From positions 27,840,001 through 27,904,000 of the forward strand of contig NC_045697.1 in assembly GCF_009834535.1 (NCBI RefSeq): a stretch of DNA of 64,000 nt, read 5' to 3'. Position 1 is the first letter of the stretch. Each line of letters starts with the position of its first letter. The stretch comes from Camelus ferus (taxonomy: Eukaryota). The translations under genes were made by a program, and so were the position numbers. The notes below the pieces were generated by a model. It saw only the letters and a program-made list of their open reading frames with translations, made no database searches and was not told the DNA's origin. This document shows, piece by piece, positions 13,561 to 24,499 of this stretch.

Positions 13561-14630
13561 GACCGAGGGACATGGATCCCTGGACCCAGGCCCTCGGGAC
13601 CTAGGATCTACCTTTCCGAGTGACTTTCTCGGAGATGGCATATAGTACCTGGAATTGTCATAGCTACTTCTTTGGCAAATAGCAGGGAGAACACTCTATT
13701 TGACTTTAAATTTTACAGCAATATACAATAACACTAGATGAAGAACGCTGAAAAGGACTTATTTTTTTTCCTGAGGCAGGTTAAACGGAAATTAGTAATT
13801 GCTCTCCTTCTTGTATTTCACTAAGATAAACATTTTACTGAATTTTTTAACCAACTCAATGTATTTTTCCATTAATGTCACCCAAGACACTTTAAATATT
13901 GATTATATTCTCACAAGAGTCTGGTATACGGAGAAAAGTATGAAGTGGTATTCTGACTTCATTTAGATTTAGTATCTGTAATTATGAAGCAAAATCAAGT
14001 GGGGAATAGGGCAGTTGTTCGTTACAGGTTATTCCACAGAACAATTGTGTGCTGTCTTTTTCTGAGTGCTTTAGTTATGAATTTGAGGAGAATTTTTTTT
14101 AATAGACATGCATCTGGATGATAATCTGCCTAGTCCAAGAGAAGACTTGCTTTTAGGGGGAAAAAACAATCTGATAGCATTAGCATCTCCAAAATTTTGC
14201 GAGTTAGTATTTTTAAAAGGAAGGGTGGATGAAAGAGTTTCTTGTGGCTTGAAACATGGAGTATGTGAGTTGACCTTATTCTGTTAACAGAAAGCTGAAA
14301 TGAGATGTTTGATTAATTTAAACTCCTCAGAGAAGGTGATATCTCAATTTCTACCGGCAGTGGGGTTTGCTGCAGAACTGTTAGAAGAAAGAAGTATAAA
14401 TGGGTGAGTTCAATGAAGACAGACTGTAAGGAGCATTCTGCTTGCATGAAGGAGAATGCACGTACATATATCCTAGTGGGAAAATAACAAAGAAAAGTAG
14501 CTACTTCGACCACAGAACCTTGTCAGATGTGAAATATGGCAACATAGCTTTGGAGAAAGCTATTGTTTTTTTCACAGCAAAGTTTCTAAATTAAAACCTA
14601 ATCTTCTGGTCGCTATGGACACAGTGATGC

Positions 14631-14700
14631 CTTTTCTTTTCTTTTCTTTTCTTTTCTTTTCTTTTCTTTTCTTTTCTTTTCTTTTCTTTTCTTTTCTTTT
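14631..14700. repeat. (CTTTT)14 pentanucleotide repeat in intron 1
   Basis: Directly visible perfect repeat. Confidence 0.95.
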
Positions 14701-17700
14701 TTACCTGTCGTTCTGTCTGTACAATCTCTGCTAATGGAAACCTGAGTTAAATAGTCCTACCTAACAAAATAAAGAGCAATAGTGGGGAAAGGATTATGAG
14801 TGTATTTTACTGCCTTAAAAAATACCTAAAGGAAAATAGATATTTTAGGATATCTTAGAAAAATTGATACTCTATTGTACAGGTTGTATAACAATTTTGG
14901 ATTAAATGAAATGTCAGGAACAGAATCACATTCTCAAAAAATGTAGATGTGTGTGCATGTAGAACAGATGTGCAGCTGTGTGCAAATAGGTTTGTAATTA
15001 TGCAGCTGAAAAAGACTGGACATTTGGGGTGACTCTAGACGTCCCATACTCTTTGTCTTGGAATTTAGTTCTGTGGTTACAGTTGGTCCCGTTTCAGTTA
15101 TGTGGGATGACCCCAGTGTCTTCTAGATTCTCAGCAGCAGAGCGCTCTCTTCATTTGCCTCCTGATGCTCTAAGGCTGAACAGTAATCATCACCCTAACC
15201 CAGAGTTTGATCATGGCTAGAGACCAGACATTGGGATGGGGGAGAAAGAGACAAAAGAAATCGGTAGGGAGGCTGGTGTTAATTAGGAAGGTCTATGCTG
15301 CTTGAATATGATAAAATCACATGTTCACTTATGATGTTTACTGTATGTGGAAGCACCTATTTGTAAATAGGGCAGATCCCCTGTATAAAGCTGGTGTTAT
15401 TATTCACACCCATAGAACAAACACCTCCACCCCCCTGTTGTTGTCTTAAAAAACTCCAGCTGCTCATGAATATAGGGTCAGGGAGGGCCGGCTAAATGTT
15501 TCTCTGTGCTTTCTCTCCAGCACAGCCAGCAGAGCTGTTTCCTGTTCTTTGTTTCAAGGCTGGGGTTTGCGTCATACATTCCAAGTGGCATATGTGTGCT
15601 CTTTCCTGTTTCAGGCTGTTTTCTGGTAGATCAGTAGCCCAGACCAGGCCATGATCCCTGTCCCTCAACTCCCTATCCCCACCCAGGGAGTTATCATGTC
15701 TCTACACACTTGTGATTGCTTAAGATGCCTGTGTTATGTCATAATGAGAAGTCAGTTAACCTTCTTTTATACACCCTTGCTCCAGTGTATTTATATGGGT
15801 GAATAAAATACTTCTACCTTTTTTAGTTCATCATTGCCAACTTGCAATTTTAAGAAATGTGTGTGCATGTTGACTAGAAATCTGAAGAAGGTTTTTTTGT
15901 TTGTTTGTTTTTCATTCTTGTTTTGAGATGGGTTGAGTGTTTTGAGATAATCATTTTGCCCTAAACTGTCAATTTTAGGATGGGGTTACCACCTTAGAGT
16001 TTAGAAGACCTTGCGTTATCTGAAAGATGTGGCATTTAACACAGGACCCGGAAGGCACAGGAGGCTTCGTGGGATGGAGAACTCAGGCAGTTCTTGGCAG
16101 CATGGGCTGACTTGAAAGTCTTGCTTATGTTTTAAGGAAGAAATCTTGTATTGAAGCAAAATATGAGATATATTAAGAGCATTCCAGGATTATTTCTTTT
16201 TAAGGACAAAGATTTAAATACTAGATTTTTTTTTTTAAGGAAAAAGATTTTTACTGTATTCTCCATCTGATTTCCAAACAGTTTTAAGAATAAAACCTCA
16301 AAAAAAAAAAAAGGAGAACTGGAAATAAGTTCATTTAATGGTAGTTGGAAAATTTTTAGTCTTATATTTTGAAAACAGGAGAATGCTCTTATTTTTATTG
16401 TTTTACAATAACAACTTTCTCATAATCCTCACTTCCCCGCCCCTTTGGGTATGTTCTGTCAGTTGTGATTAGCAAATTTCTGGGTTAACTATTTAAAGCC
16501 TTTAACAAATTACTTTTCTCTTGGTTCTCCAGCAGTTAAGTTTTAAGAAATTGTTGGAAAAGAAAACTTGTGGCAAGTTTCTTTTTTTGAACTTTTTATT
16601 TGGGGATTTTCTCTAAAATCTAAAGGAATTAACTGCAGTGTCCCCTGAAGTGGAGTCAGTTGGAAGAGTTGCTGAAGTGAGCACGTCAGACCCTGTTCTT
16701 CCCAAAATTGATAATAACAGTGCTTTGGCTTAACGTCTCGTCCCACCACATTTTTTCTTTATGGATAAAAGAGTATTATATTAGTTATTACTATATGTTA
16801 ATTACTATTACATATTAATATCAATAACATCATAATAGCATGCTATTAAGAAAGCTACTAGGGTTAAATAGTAAGATATTGATAACCTTCCATGAAAAAA
16901 GATAGGAGTTTTGGAAAGTTTCAGTATGATTTTTTTTTTTCTTCTTCTTTGCAGGAAGCAAACTTAAAATAATATAAAGCTACTGGTAGGACAAGAGGCC
17001 TTTAAAGCAAATTCATAAGTAACCCAAACTAAAGCAAGTTTTTTTGTTTTAGTTCCAAAGTTGTTAATAATCCAACTAGATTTGGATCTTTGGTCTTTAT
17101 TCTGCTTACCCCAAATCATTTTTTCCTCCCCATTTTTGGGGAGAGGGAGGTGGTTAATAGAGATGATTAGAATCTAATATATTCTATCAGAAAAAAATTC
17201 TGCAATCTTTTAAATGTAAGCTAAACACTTGGAGAAAAATGTACCAGTCTGATAGTTACTATAATTACAAAAAGGGGATGGGGACAATAGTTTTCATCTC
17301 TTAACCATGTAAATCATTTTTCCTAGTTCAATATAATTTTATCTCCATCCCCCCTTTAGATATTTGCCTTCTTAATGTGTCCAAATCAACATTTTTTTTT
17401 TTCTGTAAAATGGACAGTTTTCTTAGGGGGTATTTCTTACTCTCTGTTTTCACACCCAGATATCTGGTTTGCTAATATTCCAGTCAAAATTCATCTTGAG
17501 TGAGTTGGAAAGGAAAGATTATGGTGGCTTTTAGCATTCTCATTTTCAAGGCTGATCTGTCCCTTTCTTAGACCCCGTCTCTCCTCTGAAGCAGTAATGC
17601 CAGAGCTCGAGACAGGAAACCAGACAGCAGTCTGCCCTGATAAGGGAGAGCATTGTCTAAAGGAGGTAGCCCTGCTCCCCCTACCCGTGCCCCCCCCACC

Positions 17701-18984
17701 AACTCTCCTTCCTTGAAATTTAGTAGTAATAAAAGACACAATGCTATAGACAGTTTCTGAACCAGAACTGGTACTGTTGTCTCCCTAAGCAAAAAAATAT
17801 ATATAGCCTTTTAATTGGCTCTGTGCATTTTGTGGAATGTCATCATAGTTCAGTGGAACAGAAAAAAAAATTGTCAGTATATTTTGTATCTGTCGGTCAG
17901 AGTGTTTAACACTCAGAGTAAAGTTCTTTCTCTAGCAAAGCAGGTTGCTGGAGCTATTTGAAACTTATTCCATTGTGTTGGCAGGCAGAATACATTATCA
18001 TTTCCCCCATCTCATTATTAAGGGAAGCTAGAAGCCGAATGGAGTAAGTTAAGTGGCCCTTCAGCCCGTGCATCTGTGTAACCCTGGGTCTAGCTCTTTC
18101 CCTCTTCCAGGAAGGGGGTGCTTTCTGAAACAGTCCCCTTCCAGGAGGACTCTGAAGAGCCCACCTTAGCTTGGAACGTGCCCAAGATGGTTTCCCATCT
18201 CCGGAGGCCTGGGGATCTCCAGGGATGGCCTGGAGCTAGTCTCAATCCAGATCAATGGAGTCTGGCCAAATCTAGAGAGAAGCGAATCCAGTGGACTTGG
18301 AGGCAGCGCATTCTACCCTGGAGAGCGACCCGTGATCAAGTGTGGGTCCTTTCTCCTTTGGCCCACTCGCTCTTCATTCTCCCAACTACCATTCTGAATC
18401 TAATCCCTGAAATCCACTCCTTTATCTCTTCTTGTACTTTATACCTGGGTACCTTACAGAGCTTTGCACCCTAAAACCATGTTCATTAGTAAGTTCGAGT
18501 TCCTGTTCCACTTAGTTCTCCAAACAAGGGAGTTTTGTCTCCCAAGCCTCCCGAGCAAACTTTTCACAGTTGCTTTGTGTTTCAGGTTTTAGAATATGAT
18601 TTTCAGGCTAGCTGCACTAATTTTCCTGGTGCAACACCTGCCATACAGTCACTCCGAGGCCCCTGCCTTTTGTTTTATCCTAGCAGGTGAGAAGGGTAGT
18701 TTGACATCCATTCATTTGTTCATCTCACAAGTATTTATTGAGCACCTACTCATTAGCGCTCATCTCAGATTGCGTGCAGTCATTATGCTTAGTTATGCCA
18801 CATGATGGAGGAGGTCCAGGGTGATCCAACCTGAAAAGTCATTTTGAAATCTTAATTGTCCGCTGGAACCTCCCCATGGCACCACCTCCCTTGGGCAGTA
18901 TGGCCCCACACACGTCCCACACCCTTGGCACTGGGGGAGCAACCCACGTATAAGACAGTTTTACTTAAAAGCAGGTCCCATGGC

Positions 18985-19190
18985 ACGGTGTTAAGCAGAA
19001 CAGAAAGAGCCCTAGGTCTGCAGGCTGACGCACTTCTGTTCTTGGCTGCAGCTCCAACCAGCTCTTCGAATTTGGGCGAGTCATTTCACCTCTGTTCCTC
19101 CATTTCCTCATTTCTAAAATGGGGATGAGGACCTGACCCTTCCACCTTTGTACAGTTATTATGAGGATTTCCGTATTTACTTGGGTAAAG
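18985..19190 (+). mobile_element. MIR SINE
   Basis: ttgggcgagtcatttcacctctg...tttcctcatttctaaaatggggat core. Confidence 0.65.
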
Positions 19191-19454
19191 CTGCCAGTTT
19201 TTTCTGAGCAGTTTTATGGACCAGTTGCAGGTGCATTGGCTAGGAACAATAATAGCCTAATTTGGGGGCCTTCAGAATGTGTCTTTTGATATTGTGTCCA
19301 AGCGTGCCCTGGGGGAGGGGGAGAAGCTGGGGCCAGTGGGGAGGAATTGAGATCGCCACTGTTGTAAATCCACTGCCCCAGCCCCAGTCCTCCCTGGACA
19401 GATCTGTCTGCAGAAATCTCTATCCCGCTGTTGCGGAGTATTGTCCTCTGCAGG

Positions 19455-19690
19455 GGCAGGTAGTAGAGTGGAGTGCCAAGTTCACCACCAGCCTTGAAGT
19501 CAGACTCCTTTGGGTTCGAATCCCAGCTCTACAGCTTTAACAGCTGTGTGCTCTTGGACAGATTGCTTTACCTCTGTTTCAGTGTTCTCATCATCTCATC
19601 AGTTAAATAGGAAAGTAGTACCTCCCCATTTCATAGGCGTGAAATGACACAGTCCATGTAAAGAATAGCGCCCAGAGATTGCCAGTCATG
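19455..19690 (+). mobile_element. MIR SINE
   Basis: gaagtcagactcctttgggttcgaatcccagctct (B-box) plus core sequence. Confidence 0.75.
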
Positions 19691-22600
19691 AAAGTAGTGA
19701 TGATCAGGAAACCTGAACATCACTGAGCCCCTGGCTTTCCTTGGTCAAGAGAAGTAGCCTTTAAAAAAGAAATAGTGTTTGTCATGCACACACACACACA
19801 CACATCTTCTTCTTCTTCTTGAAATAGCTGCTTCTTCTCTCTTTGCTTTTTTTTTTAGGTCTTAAAACAGTAGGGACCTTGATACTAGATTGTTCAGAAG
19901 AGCTCTCTGGGTAGGTAAAAAAAAAAAAATCCTCTTTGAGGATGATGCTTGATAAGGTCTCTGGAGAACGCGGAACAGGCAAGGTTAAGGTTAGGAGCAA
20001 TACCTTATTCTGAGGAAGTTTGGTTTAATAGGTTTCCTTTAGGTTAGGCCCCCTCACCCCTATTACTTGTTTCAGGGAGATTTCAAGTGCATTCTAAGGG
20101 AAAAGGAAGTGACTAGAACTCCTGGGCCCCAAGTGCTTTTGTATTTGATCTTTATGCCTGACAAAAACAACCTTCGTGAACACGCCTGATCTCCTTTGGG
20201 AAGTGGGAGGGAGCTTCTCTAAGTAGGTGTAAGGTACCCCTGCCCTTCACTCCAGCGGGGCCGACCTTTGAGAAAGTTAAAAGCCCAGCCTATCTAGGTA
20301 AGAAGGGCAGCCTCAGAACGACCAGGGAGCAGTCAGCTGGCTGCAGAGAGTGGGGAGGGCCTTGAGCTGGTCTTTGAAGAATTAGGAGGATTTAGATAAG
20401 CCGGAAGGGGACGGGCATTCCACGCCGGTTGCCCAGCATCTGGGCCAAAAATGAACAAAGGCATGGAGGGTGGGAGGGGGACCCAGGGCCGCCAGCGTGG
20501 AGGGTGCCTGCTGGAGCAGGGGCAGCTGGTAGCGAAGGGGTGCTGCGCCCAGGCGCTTGAGCCCACTCTGCAAGCCCTTGGGGCCCCATCGGAGGGAGGT
20601 TTGGGAGCTTGGGAAAGGCTAGCTGAGAAGAGGACTTCGAGGACTGCAGGTGGCAAAAGGGTCAGGATGGATCGGAGGGGCCACGGGACAGGCTTGGGGA
20701 GACCAGTGGAGGGGAGACCCCAGTAACAGGCTTGAGGCACTGAGGGTCTGGCCACACCTGTGGCAACAGTAGAAATGGAGAGAAAAGTTGGCGAGGAAGA
20801 CTTAAAAGATGACCTCTAGGTTGCCATGGCAAGTGACCAGAAAACAAGGCAAATAAAGGAGGTGGGGGCAGCCTTTTCAGGACAGGAGCAAGAGTGGAGA
20901 GGGGGACTTGGGTTTGGGATATTTTGGATTCGTTTTCCTTACACAGCGGTGGCTCAAAATGCTTTTCTGTTTGTTGACTTTTGAGGGGGAGGGCAGTCCT
21001 ATCCAGAGGTTCTGTGGCTCGGCAAGAGGCCCTGTTAGTGGGGCATCCTCAGGGGCTGCGGGAAACACAACCACCACTTCTTTCTGGTTATTTTTAAGGT
21101 TCCAGCCATCTCTGCTCCTGCTCAGGCTGGAATTTCCAGGAACTGGCGGCTGACCAGAGCCAGTGGGTCCCTCCCAGCCTCCCACTCCCTGCAGGGTGCG
21201 GCACCATGGGTGGAGGCCCCTTAGGGCGGAGTGGGGTGGGTCTGCAGCGATAGGGCGCCCGGCGGGGAGGCAGATGAGGCGTGGCCCCGCGCAGCCCTTC
21301 TGGATTTGATTATATAACGCTCCACGGAAGAGACTCGTGAGGGCTGAGGCCGGCCTTGTAAGACATGTATGCAGCGGGGTTACACAGGAGGGGTAATTTT
21401 CAATTGGTTGGGGGTTACTGGCCCTTAAAACTCAAATACAAAGTTGTCAAGACAGGGTGAAGGAGGAAAATGAGTAACCTTAGTAGGGGAGATCATTAGT
21501 GTTTGCTAAGATTTCTTTAAGAAAAATGTGGAATGCCACTCACCAGGTGGCAGTGAACTTGAGAGGTTAGCTAATGGGTATGGGTTTGGGTTCCCCTCCC
21601 CCCACCCCTGCTTTGCTGGGCCCCTGTCTGGAAATGTGGAGGGAGTTTGCTTGGTGGTTACCTTTGCACCTGTCCTTATTTACATGCAAAATCAATTGCT
21701 TCACTTGGTCTTCCCGAAGTACAGGGTGTGGGCAGAATCTTATCTGAAGCCATGTCCTGTTTGGACAAGTTGGACTGCCTTGGCAAGTCTCCATAGGGTG
21801 GAGCAGATGGGTGGAGGCAGGAAAGTAAAATTGGGTGGCTTGTTAGGCAGGAGAGGAGAGAGGGCGGATTGTTTGCTCATGGATCATTATATTTAATCTG
21901 AAACTAAATAATTAACTTCTTTCCCATTTACAAAACATTTTGATGCAAAATAACTAATTTATGAGGGGTGCAAAGACTTAGAAATGCTCCCTGGAATTTT
22001 CTCCCTCAAACCAACAATAGAAGACTGGGGTAGGAGAAGATCGTCACTGAGTGACATGAAAACGCTACGCTCTTCCAGGTAGGTGCCAGCATTTGGCTCT
22101 TCTAAAAGGAGGCTCCCACTTAGAAATGCCTACTTACATCTGTTGCCCGGCCCTTTGTATTTCTGGCCTAGGCAACTGCCATTAAATATTCAACTCTTGG
22201 AAGAGTTTGGGTACAGAAGTGAAGAAAAGTTTCTTTTGGAAAGGAAGTTGAGCTGCAGGGATGTTGCCTTCCTGCCCTGGCCCTCCTTCTGACCAAGAAC
22301 TACACACACACACAGAGATTTTTATTTTTATTTTTTAAAATTTTCTCCCTGAATTTCCTTGGAAATAAGGGATGGGGGGGTGGCAACATTCTCCCCCCGT
22401 TTAACATCCAGACACTTGGGAGAGTTGAAAAGGGCGCTTACAGGTGTGTTGGTTTAATCATCCTGATTTTCTCCTTACACCTGGCTGAGGTCAGCTAGGA
22501 AATAAAGATGTGCAGGAGGGAGGCAGGTAGTCTGGAGCCTTAGGGTCCGGCTGGGCTGTGGGAGAAGAATGCAGCGGCCCTTTGAGGAGCTGAGGAAAGA

Positions 22601-23598
22601 AAGATACGCAAAGTGCAATAAAAGAGAGATGAGAAGGGAAAATGTCTGAAGCAAATCCTGATACATCACCCAGAAACTTTGCTTCAGATACACACACTGT
22701 CTCCTCAACCCGCACCATACACCTCTGTCTGTCTGTCTCTTTGTCATGCTTCTTCAGGAAGGGGCCATCATTTATAAGGTTTCTGTAATAAAACAGAATG
22801 CTGTAGCTTCAAGACAAACTACTTTCAAAGGAGGCTGGCCACATCATAACCTCCTCTTACATGAAGGCCCGTGTGTATTTCTAAGCTCTGCAGCTCCTTT
22901 GTACCCTCATGAAGCAGCTGTGGAGTAGGCCTCGTGGAGGGCTGAATAGGACAGTGTGAGGCCGAACAGTATCGCGTATGAAACGTCATGTAAATGATTC
23001 ACCAAAGCTTTTTAAGACATAAGCACACGGTTGTGCATCTTAGCAAAAATCTGATCCTCATATGTCAAAAGACATCTGAAAAGTCAGAAGTATAAGTGGA
23101 GAGAGTGTCAAGGGAAATCTGTTTCTTCCTTTTGGAGGAAAATTCTGTTGTATTGGCCCTTCCCAGCAAAATAACACAGTTGGGGAAGATGAAGTCTGCT
23201 CCAGGGATGGAAAATTGTTTTGGCAATGGTGATGTTCATATTTTTTTGCTTTTCAACACTTTGATGAATTGTGTTTTGTTTTGTTTTTGTTTTTGTTTTT
23301 TTAATACCAGTGTGGCTCCGTTTTTCTCTTTACAGTGTGGTTGTGTTATCCTTGGGTTGATTAGTTTAGAATGTTACTGAATGCTACTGAAACATAACTA
23401 AGATGTAAATGTGTTAATGATTGGAAAATAGTTGTAAGAAAAAACAGAATCACATTTGGGGGCCTCCTCATCTGTGTGATACCCACATAAGATGGTTAAC
23501 AGAATTCCTGAGCTTAGCTACAACCCACTAGGTTTAAAGACCCTGGCATTGGCAACTCAGTTTACTGCCTGGGTCCTCGTCTTTATTCCTGTTTTAGT

Positions 23599-23612
23599 GC
23601 GCCACCTACTGG
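23599..23612 (-). promoter_or_regulatory. CTCF motif
   Basis: Minus strand CCAGTAGGTGGCGC fits the core CCASYAGRKGGCRS. Confidence 0.7.
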
Positions 23613-24378
23613 TTCTACTTAGGATTGCGATCAGTATTGTGCAATAATTAATTTTCTATAGCATTTGTAGTTTACTTAGCATTCTTTTAACGTGATGGTA
23701 ATATCCCCTTAGCACTGAGTTGCCCATGTATGACAAAAGCCACTAGGTTTAGGAACGCCAGTTCTTCCAGTGTGTGAGTTACTTCTCAGTTATATGGGAG
23801 GCATTTTGGAGACATTGCAGTCATACTTTTCTGATTCTAGAACAGAACCCAAAGACAAGATCAGTGCTGGTGGGAAAAGTGGTCTATTCAGAGGTAGACA
23901 CAGGTACAGAATCTGGACGTTTTCTGCAAATAACAGCCTGATTTGTGTTAATGCATTTGATTCTCTTCCTAATTTGGGTTTCCCTCTAGCTTAACGTCCC
24001 TCTCTCATTTTTATTAAAAGTTTTAATCATAGATTTAATGAATTTTAAAATGGGCAATAGGTGTGTATAAAGCTGCACTCACCCCCCTCCCCCACCTCTC
24101 CCAAGAAGCTCTTGTTAAAGGTTAGGGTGTATTTTTTTTCCACAGCCTTCTTGTTCCACATACTATAATAATCCCTAAAAGTATGATCAGTCATTTTAGA
24201 AGCTATCAAATTGGGGACGAAGTGCTGTTTAAGCTTGTGAATGGACAGTAAGTTTGGTTCTGTTCATAGTGATTCTCTTCCTAAATTGGGTTTCCTAAAT
24301 TGGGTTTTGAATTTTACAAGGACTTTTTATTGTCCAGTGATGCATTATTTAGTTAGGAGTTTCAAAGTGAAGTGTTCT

Positions 24379-24499
24379 AAATGAATATATGTATGTATAT
24401 GCGTGACTGGGGCATTGTGCTATACACCAGAAACTGACACATTGTAACTGATGGTACTTCAATTAAAAAAAAAAATCGTGGTCAAATACAAAAAAAAAA
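24379..24499 (+). mobile_element. Very short L1 3' end with double A-tail
   Basis: L1 terminal sequence (tgctatacaccagaaactgacacattgtaactga...caattaaaaa). TSD core AAGTGTTCT on both sides. Confidence 0.8.

Noticed and set aside
11059..13604. Many long overlapping ORFs (up to 278 aa) on both strands
   Set aside because: Low-complexity Pro/Gly/Arg/Ala frames are expected from stop-codon scarcity in a CpG island, and no domain is recognisable.
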